Origin: Porphyridium purpureum
Lineage: Eukaryota
Direction of reading: 5' to 3'
Length of the DNA: 64,000 nt
NCBI GenBank assembly: GCA_008690995.1
Contig: VRMN01000003.1
Coordinates: 1,612,001 to 1,676,000 of the forward strand
Under the pieces are notes generated by a model. That model did not search any database and had not been told where the DNA came from. It saw only the letters and a list, made by a program, of their open reading frames with translations. This document shows positions 55,484 to 64,000 of this stretch, one piece after another. The position numbers were made by a program, and so were the translations under genes. Every line of letters begins with the position of its first letter. Position 1 is the first letter of the stretch.

Positions 55484-56980
55484 ATGGCGTGGTGCGTGCG
55501 TGCGCTTCCGGCGTTTGCAGCCGCGTCTGGCGGGACGCAGGATGTGTGGCTCGGAAGCGCTCCATCGGTCACGAAGCATGACGATCGCGCCGGCGCATGT
55601 GCGTTGCGCGCGTTCCCGCGCGTCTGCGCTAGGACATTGGCGTCTTCGTCTGTGCTGCATGCACCAGGACACTTGAGACGCGCGCGTACACATCATATAT
55701 TAGACAGGAAGAGGCCACAGGTTGTCTGCTGTGTTGAGGCCAACGCGACGAGCGAAAATGGAAACGATGCAAAGGCTCTAGGCAAGCCCGTCAAGAAGAA
55801 GCGAGTGCGTTCAAAGCTCAAGACAGAATTGCTCAAGCAGCGGCTACAGCAGCGCCGGAAAAAGGAAGGCCGTGGGATGAAAATCGCGCTGGGTTCGGCC
55901 CTGGTCGCGGCGTTGGTCGGGCTGCCTCTCACCTTAACGCTGCATCGGCAGAATGAGGCGCATATGCAAGCGCGCCAAGCTGAGTTCGAAAAGCTCATGC
56001 AAGCGCCAGGAGGACACGCTCAGAAGACGCTCGATCAAGCCCGCAGTGATCCGGTCAGGACTGAACAGGGCAGAAGCGTTCGACGAAAGCTGCTCAAAGT
56101 GTCGCTGATTCTGTCCGGAAGCACAATGGGTGCGCTCGCCGTGACTCTTTTGGTGCTGATAGCAATCCAAGACAAGCTCGTGTACAAGCCCTCTGCGGTA
56201 AGCAAGGGCACGCCGAAGCAGTATGGGATGAACTATTACGATGATGTCGCCTTCGCGACGCGCGACGATGTGCAGATCTGTGGGTGGTTGGTGCGCGTCT
56301 CAGATGACCCAGCTGTGTATGGCTCGGTACCCACGATGCTGTACTTTCATGGCAGAGACAAGAATGCCAGTTTTCGATTGAAGAAAATCAAGTCGCTAAT
56401 GGACACCGTGAATGCCAACGTGCTCCTAGTCTCGTACCGAGGATTCGGCAATTCGAGCGGAAAGCCAACCGAAAAGGGAATGCGTATTGACGCACAGACG
56501 GCGATGAAGTACATCCAGACGCGCAACGATCTGGACCTGAATAACTTGTGGGTATATGGTGAATCGCTCGGCGGTGCGGTTGCGGTCGACTTTGCGCACG
56601 AATTTCAGCAGCAGCTCCGCGGATTGATTCTCGAAAACACATTCACATCACTCTTGGACATGATCAATCGCGTACATCCGGTGCTCACGCCCGTTCGCGC
56701 TCTTTCTCGCAACCGCTGGAGAAGTGATTTAAGAATGCCGAGCATTCGGCTTCCGGTTTTGTTTCTCAGTGGACTCCGAGACGCTTTCATTCCGCCCGTC
56801 ATGATGAAGAACCTTTATGAACTCTCGTCAAATAGTGTCAAGAGAAAATTTGTGGAGTTTCCAGGTGGCACGCACAATCGAACGTGGATGGCAAAGAACT
56901 TTTTCGAAGAAGTCAACAGCTTTGTGCAGAACGTGACTGAGGTGGCGCCTGAAAGAGAAACGACGGCCCGAAACTTGTAA
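55484..56980 (+). CDS. ABHD13/BEM46-like alpha/beta hydrolase with a long N-terminal extension
   Basis: QDKLVYKP, YFHG, SYRGFGNSSGKPTEKG, GESLGGA (Ser), ILENTFTS, SGLRD (Asp), GTHN (His). Confidence 0.9.
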   Translation: MAWCVRALPAFAAASGGTQDVWLGSAPSVTKHDDRAGACALRAFPRVCARTLASSSVLHAPGHLRRARTHHILDRKRPQVVCCVEANATSENGNDAKALGKPVKKKRVRSKLKTELLKQRLQQRRKKEGRGMKIALGSALVAALVGLPLTLTLHRQNEAHMQARQAEFEKLMQAPGGHAQKTLDQARSDPVRTEQGRSVRRKLLKVSLILSGSTMGALAVTLLVLIAIQDKLVYKPSAVSKGTPKQYGMNYYDDVAFATRDDVQICGWLVRVSDDPAVYGSVPTMLYFHGRDKNASFRLKKIKSLMDTVNANVLLVSYRGFGNSSGKPTEKGMRIDAQTAMKYIQTRNDLDLNNLWVYGESLGGAVAVDFAHEFQQQLRGLILENTFTSLLDMINRVHPVLTPVRALSRNRWRSDLRMPSIRLPVLFLSGLRDAFIPPVMMKNLYELSSNSVKRKFVEFPGGTHNRTWMAKNFFEEVNSFVQNVTEVAPERETTARNL

Positions 56981-57326
56981 ATTCCCGACGTGTGTTCTGC
57001 AGGCAGAATTTGTTTGTTTGAGAACTCCACCATCAGCGTGAGTTGAGCACGTACGAAAGTACATGACCGGGAGACGGTCCGTTAAATGAAGAGTATGTCA
57101 TGTCGTAGCGTGGTAGAAGCAGCATCGCGCGTGAATGTGAGGATGCACGCTTGTGCATCGCTTGTAGCAGAGCTAGAGCAAAGGTGAGTGCGAGACGTGC
57201 CGTCAGCGTAGAAGCAGTATATTTACTAGACACAGCATCAGACCAGGTATACGTTCCCAATGAGGTACAACTACTCAAGCAGGCGTAGACCTGCGATTCA
57301 TAAAGACAAAGCAAGGTTCCGATTTG

Positions 57327-58310
57327 CTATGCGCCGATCAGTGGTATTACGGACGATTTTGGTTTTTGGAGCGTTTGCCTGACGCAGTATGCAAACCCAT
57401 CTGCAAGGCCCTCTGTTCCGACCACAACTGCTTCGGACCGGAGGAGGCGCTTGCGGCACAGAATGCTTCCCGAGCAGTCGCATGCATATCGCGTCTCGCA
57501 TTGGCTGTATTCACACACGTTCGGAACAGTATCGCCATTGAAGACGTTGAGACATTGCGCCTCTGGCGGCATGGGCGTTCCCACGCAGTGGCACATGTCC
57601 TCGTCATTAATACAAGTTTGGCGTAGCACAGCATCAAACGACGCATCTCGCCTTACGGCTGATACCTTGGGTGTTTGGGATTGATCCACTTTTCCAAACG
57701 CTGCGTTCGGACACGTGTCTGTGGTGGGTAGCGATTTCGCGTTTTGGTTCGCGCTTTTGTGCATGACCAAACCATTCAGCACTGGCGTGAGCTTCTTTGA
57801 CGTGATCGTGATGCGGACGTGGTCCAACACGCGAATGCCCGCGTGTGTCATGACCACACCGGCATTGATTTGATTTCCGGCACGGTGGAAAATGTCGAAA
57901 TCGTCAGACGCGGTCTCGTTCTCGCACGCGCTGATTTGAACGCGAAGAAGGCGCTGACCCGCGGTGTTCACTTTTCGGTAGTTTTCAGCGAACAGAAGCT
58001 TAAGGTCGTATATTCCTGGGTCCAGATTGGGTACAACAAAGTCGAGTGCACCATTCGTGGACGCTCTTTGGCTCCAGTACACCTGGATATCGCCCGTCTT
58101 CAGTTGCTTTGAAGATGCTGGCGGTATTGCCTGGGCAGAGAACAGGAACTTTTCTGGTGTCAGGTACACCACATTCTGGTCACTGTCGAAGCTACCTACC
58201 GATTCTCCTCCAAAATTGATGCGAAGCTCAGATACGGCTTTCACGCGACGGAGCACAGCACACATAATCGCTACCGCACACCAATAAAGCAGGACCATTC
58301 TGCTTCCCAT
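57327..58310 (-). CDS. Secreted malectin-domain protein with a C-terminal 10-Cys domain
   Basis: Signal peptide; malectin-like RINFGG, VYWSQR, YDLKLLFAENY, GQRLLRVQI, FDIFHRAG, PVLNGL; Cys-rich C-terminus. Confidence 0.82.
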   Translation of the reverse strand: MGSRMVLLYWCAVAIMCAVLRRVKAVSELRINFGGESVGSFDSDQNVVYLTPEKFLFSAQAIPPASSKQLKTGDIQVYWSQRASTNGALDFVVPNLDPGIYDLKLLFAENYRKVNTAGQRLLRVQISACENETASDDFDIFHRAGNQINAGVVMTHAGIRVLDHVRITITSKKLTPVLNGLVMHKSANQNAKSLPTTDTCPNAAFGKVDQSQTPKVSAVRRDASFDAVLRQTCINDEDMCHCVGTPMPPEAQCLNVFNGDTVPNVCEYSQCETRYACDCSGSILCRKRLLRSEAVVVGTEGLADGFAYCVRQTLQKPKSSVIPLIGA

Positions 58311-59031
58311 TCTACTTCATACACTTGAGCTCTGGCCTCTTCTTGGCACCAAATCCAAGGTAGTACCCGCGCACTCCTCACGTGCGCTTTGCTCCCTGTC
58401 CAGCCCGTCCTCAGATATGCTTCCATATATGCGCATATGTGAGTGCGTGCGTGTGTGCGCAACCACTGTTTGACCGACAGCCACTTTCAGGCGTCTCATG
58501 GCGGGCTCAGTTCATCCTGCAGAACCAACGCTGCACCCGGAAAGCGTCAAGTGCTTTGCTCGCAACGCGCCTAACGGAGCACTGTCGCGGCGCATGTCCG
58601 CCAACGGCAGCAATTGAACCGGTTCAAGCCATTTCCTTGCAATGCGAAAATACTTATTAAACTACGCTCTTTTGTTATACGAGTAATGTTTGACCAGAGT
58701 TCAGTTGCACCTTTTCATGTGAAGGCGAGTTCATGTGCCAATCCTCTCAATTGGCAAAGGCAACAAGAGAAGGCAAAGCGAACGCAACGACCGAAGCCAG
58801 CAGGAGAATGCGTGTCACTTCACTTGTCTGACGACCGAGAGCATTGCACATGGCGTGGATAAATGTCATTGTTCAAAGACCTGTCCGTTCGAGCAGGCAG
58901 CGCGCGACAGCTTTGCACCTCTCTTAAGTGTTGGTGGGCGTCGTGCTGAAACGCTGTTGCCGTTTGAGACGACTGGTGGTATCACCGCGAAATCCAGAAG
59001 GGATTGCGATTGTCAGAGAACAGTGTAGAAG

Positions 59032-59637
59032 ATGAAGGTCAGTGTGTGCGTGCTTGTGGTGGGTTTGTCGCTGCTGGCTTATGCAGAGGGATTGTGGGCG
59101 GTGCCGGTGGTCCGGCAGGTGGATTCGGACGCGCAAACAGCAATCCGCCAGCTACGAGGCGGCGCCAACGAGAGGAACGCTGCACATTCGCCACCCTTGC
59201 GTTACGCGATGCGAGAAAACACAATTCGAATCAGTGCTGAGGAAGTGCAGGGCGTCCTCGGCAGCAACATTGCGGATGCGGCGACAAACACCAATTTGAT
59301 CGTGTCAAACCCGTGTCTAGATGACGAAAAATATTGCCAGTGCCGCGAGCTGGCGACGCCCAGTGCCGAGATGTGCTCGCGACCATTCGTAACGTCCACG
59401 TTGCCATCCATTTGCCGCTTCGAGCATTGTGAAACTCACCAGTGCTCGTGCGCGCTGTTTCCCGGCGAGAAGGCGATGTTCTGCTCCAAAGCTGCATGGA
59501 GCACGCACATCATGCTCGGAGACGAAGGGTTTCCGAAGGACACATTTTACTGCACTGCATCTTCTGGATCTTCCTCTGAGAGCGACAGCATGCGAGTATT
59601 TGTCAACTACCTCAGCATGCGAAACCCACATCAATAA
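59032..59637 (+). CDS. Small secreted protein carrying the same 10-Cys domain
   Basis: Signal peptide MKVSVCVLVVGLSLLAYAEG; Cys spacing matches the neighbouring gene; AATAAA overlaps the stop. Confidence 0.8.
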   Translation: MKVSVCVLVVGLSLLAYAEGLWAVPVVRQVDSDAQTAIRQLRGGANERNAAHSPPLRYAMRENTIRISAEEVQGVLGSNIADAATNTNLIVSNPCLDDEKYCQCRELATPSAEMCSRPFVTSTLPSICRFEHCETHQCSCALFPGEKAMFCSKAAWSTHIMLGDEGFPKDTFYCTASSGSSSESDSMRVFVNYLSMRNPHQ

Positions 59638-59698
59638 AATGACACGCGTCGATCGAAAGGAGCTAAGCGCTCATGGAGCCAAGCAACTGTGACAAGTG

Positions 59699-61123
59699 AT
59701 GGTACTGGCGGCATCCTACGGTGCGCACGCGCGGAGCGGCGGGACCCCGACCAAAACGACGAAAGGAATGGCGCCGCCAGTGCATACATTGCGGCAGCTG
59801 CAGGCGCGATTCCGCGCGATTCCGAACAAACGGCGGCACGCGATGGTGCTGACAATAGCGCTTTGCGTGTTCAGTACCGCGCTGGTGCTCTACATCTCAG
59901 CGCATCGCGGCGCAGGGCTCAGCGTGAGCCTGCACGAATCGTCCAAGTCACCGACTGACGGCCGTCGCCATCTCCAGCTCGAGTTTACTTGGAAAGGGTT
60001 TGGATGGGCCCCTCGAACGCACGCACTCTCGCAGGAGCGTGCGGCGGCGTACGCGTTCTGCGTCGTGACAGATCAGGACAAGGCGTCACGCAAGAAGGAA
60101 ACTCCATCAAAGTCGCTGCCCAAACGATGGGTTGCATACTTTCGGCGTGGTGTGCTTGAGTTCCGAGGGAGTCGCTTCGGATTGACAACGAAGAACGGCT
60201 CGGACGCTCTTGACGAAAGAAGAACACGCGGTCTCCACATAAGAATCCGGTGGATTGACCCAGAGCCAGGCGTTGAGTTGTGGAGCAGGATAAACGAAGA
60301 CGGGCGAGGCATGGAGCTGTCCGAGTTGCTCTTTTTCGACAATCGGCTGCTCAGTCCGGATGATCGCACGGGGGTAATTTATGAGATTGTCTCGTACTCG
60401 GCGGGTGCTGATGAGCTCAGGCGCCTTACTGGCACCGCACCGTCTCGCCCTGCCGCTGCTCCGTTCGTGGCGCCTCGCATGGTGCTGCCAGATGGCGATG
60501 GAAACACTGCCAAAGGTTTCAAGGGCGAGTGGATGGTCGTCAAAGACGGCGAGATGGTGGTGGGCGGCCACGGAAAAGAATTCACGAGCCCGTACAATGG
60601 AACGGATATTCAGAACTATAATCCCATGTGGGTCAAAGTGGTTGATTCGAGCGGCGGTATTACACACGTAGACTGGAAAGACATTTACAACAAGCTTCGG
60701 CACGAGGTCGGAGCGGACTTTCCCGGATACTTGATCCATGAAGCAGTGCTCTGGAGCGCGCTGCGCCGGGAATGGGTATTCTTGCCGCGGCGATTCTCAA
60801 CCGAGCCGTATAGAGAGGATTTGAATGAGCGCAAGGGGTGGAATCGCGCGCTGATTGTCGACGAGGACTTCACCGAAATTCGCACGGTTGAAATCCAGCT
60901 GCCGGAGATTCCCGAGCGTGGTTTCTCGAGCGCCAAATTTGTACCGGGCTCGGATGATTCGCTTGTGCTCGCCATTCGCACAACAGAAAACGAGGGTATT
61001 TCGGAGGTGTCGAGTTATATGAGCGTCGTGTCCATTCTGACAGGCGCCGTGGTCATGCCCGAAACTATCGTTGGTGATGTCAAGTATGAGGGGCTGGAAT
61101 TCTTCCCTCTGGAGCCTTCATGA
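59699..61123 (+). CDS. Calcium-activated nucleotidase/apyrase (CANT1/Cimex-type), type II membrane
   Basis: TM anchor, DQD, GRGMELSEL, DDRTGVIYEI, DGDG...KGFKGEW, GKE, PGYLIHEA, FLPRR, GFSSAKFVPGS, KYEGLEF. Confidence 0.93.
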   Translation: MVLAASYGAHARSGGTPTKTTKGMAPPVHTLRQLQARFRAIPNKRRHAMVLTIALCVFSTALVLYISAHRGAGLSVSLHESSKSPTDGRRHLQLEFTWKGFGWAPRTHALSQERAAAYAFCVVTDQDKASRKKETPSKSLPKRWVAYFRRGVLEFRGSRFGLTTKNGSDALDERRTRGLHIRIRWIDPEPGVELWSRINEDGRGMELSELLFFDNRLLSPDDRTGVIYEIVSYSAGADELRRLTGTAPSRPAAAPFVAPRMVLPDGDGNTAKGFKGEWMVVKDGEMVVGGHGKEFTSPYNGTDIQNYNPMWVKVVDSSGGITHVDWKDIYNKLRHEVGADFPGYLIHEAVLWSALRREWVFLPRRFSTEPYREDLNERKGWNRALIVDEDFTEIRTVEIQLPEIPERGFSSAKFVPGSDDSLVLAIRTTENEGISEVSSYMSVVSILTGAVVMPETIVGDVKYEGLEFFPLEPS

Positions 61124-61278
61124 CGCCCAGTTACGCTCGTCGCGAAAGGATTTCGGTCGTGCTTCGAATCTTGGTATTTATGTAGAGTACATGACGACAC
61201 GGTCAAACAGCGCCAAAAAAAAAAAAAAAAAAGTTTGGACAGAGTCATGGAAGCAGCTAGAATAAAAAGTTACATCGC

Positions 61279-64000
61279 TTACTCAAATTCAGACGGCACG
61301 GACCACAAATTCCTCTCTTCTGAAGATGACGCCTTGTTTGTAGGCTTCATGAAGGGTGCGAGTACTGCCAGTGACAGCAAGAACTTTTTGAAAGCGTCCG
61401 AAAAAATCATGGGCGCATCGCCGTTACTAGGCCGTGGCGATGCTCGGTCATTGCTGCCAGGAGTGCCCGGTAGACCAGTGCCCATCCAGTGCTGAGGCTG
61501 GTGTGCCCTGCTTCGAGAAGTCTGCTCATGTAAGTGCAGCCTCACTTTAGGACCTACTTTCGCTCGGCTCATTTGATCCACGAGGTCCGGAGCTCCGAAG
61601 ATCTTGCGCACCGGCTTCCACCTGATCAGTCTCCTTTGCACAGACCACACAGTGTTGTCCCAAATCTCAGCGGGAGGCGGCGAAGAGTGACGACGTGGTC
61701 TACCACCTCCGCGCTTGTTCGTACTATGGGGTCCAGCCGCGGGGTATGCCGCCTCAATGAATCGCTCTGTTGCAGCCTCCCACGTCAACTTGCGAGCAAT
61801 TTCCTCGGTTAAGGGAGCTGGTTCCTCGCGCATTGCCACAGACAAGCACTCTGAGAATTCCTGCGGTGTGCTGTATGTCAGGCAGTTTGGAAACTGCGAG
61901 AAAAACTCGTTACTCGGGTGTTTTGCAACCACCACAAACTTACCCATCGCAAGAGCCTCCGCTGTGGTGGTAGCCACGACGTCGGAAAGGCTCGGGTTCA
62001 CAAAGACCTTGTAATCGTGCATGCTCTTGTCTGCATGATCGCGCGCACCCAGAAAGCGAAGAGGCAGGTTGAGGCTCTGGCTCTTCTTTCTCACCTCTTC
62101 CAAGTCGGATCCAGTCCCATATACATCGATCACAGAAGACTCGGGCCAGCTCTCTCTCTCTCCCACATGCGTTTCTAGAAGCTGCAGCAGTTCTGTGTAG
62201 CCCTTCCCCCACAGGACTTTACCCATGAAGTAAACTCCCTTGGGAAAAACCTGACTTGATTCTCGTTCCACTCTCTGCTGGGAGTCATCGCTCCCCATGC
62301 CCACGCCACTCGCGTTTCCCATCACCTGCTCACCAACACGTACCCCAAGTTCCAGAAGACGCTGCGCCTTTTCGCGTCCCACTCGAACAAACGAAGGCGA
62401 AACACCATGAACGTAACTCGTCGTGCTGCGGGAGAACTCTTGCACGGCATCACTCAGCTTGATCACCTGGTGGCAGTGCATGTGACATACAAACTTATTG
62501 AACGCCTTGATGAAGTTCTCCTTGAACGCGCCATTTGGCTCTCTCCGAACATATTCCAAGTAGTTGGTATGAATGATGCCCACCACAAGGGGAAACTTGT
62601 CCTTCCATTTTGGCCCATCGTGGAACCACGTCAAGTGCTCGGGTTCCTCCAAGACTGCAAGTTCTGTCTTGTCCTGGTTTGGCACGAGCGCTGTCAAATC
62701 ACCAAGCGGTAGAATTGAGCCTTTCTCCGAGTCGTACTTGCCGGGGTAGAATACGAGCTTAAACTTGGGCTCGAATCCAACACGCCTGCGCACCCAGTCC
62801 ATCACAAAGTTTGTTTGTTGCTCCTCGGTCTCAAACGTGATCTGGTTTGGATAGACTTGATGCTGATCGTCCTTGCTCAGCCAAGGAACCAGAAGGCTTA
62901 CCTCTCTGGTTCCACCATTCGCCAAGTAGGCAGCCCGCAACAGCGGGTTTACGGCAGTCCCAGTCATCCACGGCAAGACGGCCGTCGTAACAATGGTGAT
63001 GGTCTTTGCAAGGTCGATCCCGAGGCTGGCGTTCTCCTTTGAAAAACTTTCGCCAGAATACGAATACTGCTGCTGCTGCTGCTGCTGATTTTCTTGGTGC
63101 CCTTCAAGAATACTCGAGGTCGAGGGCTCTGCAACGGATGAAGGATCAGGAAGCATTTGCAGCCTCCGCAAACTCGCTTCTCGCATTGTCTTTCTTGCGA
63201 CGGACTGCAATTTGATCCATTGCTTTTGGCACTCGTGCGCCAGGCGCGCAAAGCCAAGCACAAGCGCAAACGAAATATCCTTCTCCATACCTTTTGCTAG
63301 GGACACCGGCAACGGCGTAAAGGCTCCGGAGGACGCTGCGGTGCGCGACACTCGGTCAACTGACTGCTGCTCTGCAGTACTTGGACACGAAGCCCTTGAA
63401 ACAAAAACGCTCTCGACTTTTTGCACAACAAGCTCATCAACCTTGCTCTCCAATGCCTCTTCGGCCGGGTCTCCGGTGCCAACAAGGCATGGAGCAGTGC
63501 CGTCACGCCTGAGGCCACTCTGAGTGTGTGATCCGTTTGCGTTGCCCCTGTTGGATCGGCCTCCAGGATCGCCAAGAGGGCTCGCACTGACACTTCGCTC
63601 GAATGCTGAACTAGATCCGCCAGGCCTGCGAGGGGTTTCATTGACCACCGCAAGAGCACTATCCATGTCGCGATCGCTTCTGAAAAAGGCGCCCAAGTCC
63701 AAATAAGATTCCTCGGCACTTTGCAACGAGACCGCACTCGACCAACATCGCCGCAACCCCACTCTCGAAACACCGTCCTCGCACATGCCGTCGAACAATG
63801 ACTCCGCGTCTGTTCGAATCGTTTGAATCAGCTGCTCCGCATGCCTGTGCATTGTCTCAGCACCCTTCTGGAGTGTCATTGGGGAGCGAGATGGAGTGCC
63901 ATCGTTGTGTGCCGCTGCTGAGAACGCACTATCCCGCTCCGACGAGTAAGGGTAAAGACCAGAGGCACGCGACGAACTGAAGCTTTCACGGAGCCGCTCC
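61279..64000 (-). CDS. DGD1: Plant-type digalactosyldiacylglycerol synthase (GT4), probably 5'-partial
   Basis: IVTTAVLPWMTGTAVNPLLRAAYL, LEEPEHLTWFH, HTNYLEY, GKVLWGKGY, FVNPSLSDVVATTTAEALAMGK, LTWEAATERF. The frame stays open upstream of ATG 63879 to the window edge. Confidence 0.95.
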   Translation of the reverse strand, partial: ERLRESFSSSRASGLYPYSSERDSAFSAAAHNDGTPSRSPMTLQKGAETMHRHAEQLIQTIRTDAESLFDGMCEDGVSRVGLRRCWSSAVSLQSAEESYLDLGAFFRSDRDMDSALAVVNETPRRPGGSSSAFERSVSASPLGDPGGRSNRGNANGSHTQSGLRRDGTAPCLVGTGDPAEEALESKVDELVVQKVESVFVSRASCPSTAEQQSVDRVSRTAASSGAFTPLPVSLAKGMEKDISFALVLGFARLAHECQKQWIKLQSVARKTMREASLRRLQMLPDPSSVAEPSTSSILEGHQENQQQQQQQYSYSGESFSKENASLGIDLAKTITIVTTAVLPWMTGTAVNPLLRAAYLANGGTREVSLLVPWLSKDDQHQVYPNQITFETEEQQTNFVMDWVRRRVGFEPKFKLVFYPGKYDSEKGSILPLGDLTALVPNQDKTELAVLEEPEHLTWFHDGPKWKDKFPLVVGIIHTNYLEYVRREPNGAFKENFIKAFNKFVCHMHCHQVIKLSDAVQEFSRSTTSYVHGVSPSFVRVGREKAQRLLELGVRVGEQVMGNASGVGMGSDDSQQRVERESSQVFPKGVYFMGKVLWGKGYTELLQLLETHVGERESWPESSVIDVYGTGSDLEEVRKKSQSLNLPLRFLGARDHADKSMHDYKVFVNPSLSDVVATTTAEALAMGKFVVVAKHPSNEFFSQFPNCLTYSTPQEFSECLSVAMREEPAPLTEEIARKLTWEAATERFIEAAYPAAGPHSTNKRGGGRPRRHSSPPPAEIWDNTVWSVQRRLIRWKPVRKIFGAPDLVDQMSRAKVGPKVRLHLHEQTSRSRAHQPQHWMGTGLPGTPGSNDRASPRPSNGDAPMIFSDAFKKFLLSLAVLAPFMKPTNKASSSEERNLWSVPSEFE

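Overview
Gene-dense, intron-poor, GC-rich eukaryotic nuclear DNA, most likely from a unicellular mesophilic red alga (Porphyridium-like). The evidence is nucleus-encoded plastid proteins with M-A-(A)-F-type transit peptides (KARI, ChlH, RNase II), a plant-type DGDG synthase and only one evident intron. I count about 27 intact protein genes: SWI3/SMARCC (runs off the left edge and is missing from the ORF track), PiT phosphate transporter, IRE1, ilvC, plastid RNase II, canopy/CNPY, two paralogous Ser/Thr kinases, MYST HAT, PRP31, TMEM199/Vma12, SLC35B transporter, Ku70, condensin CAP-D2, MPS1, PP1 inhibitor-2 (one intron), FUN14, a nucleoplasmin-like protein, arogenate dehydrogenase, ChlH, an orphan membrane protein, an ePHD protein, an ABHD13-like hydrolase, two secreted Cys-rich proteins, CANT1-type apyrase and DGD (open to the right edge). 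There are also two pseudogenes, an NhaC fragment and an inverted kinase copy. Best leads: (1) an unnamed 10-Cys extracellular domain shared by two head-to-head secreted genes, one fused to malectin; (2) paired CHR-like TTTGAA elements upstream of the two mitotic genes; (3) a 70-nt tRNA-like cloverleaf downstream of the phosphate transporter; (4) three apparent single-base frameshifts at homopolymers. All assignments come from motif recognition by eye; no searches were run.
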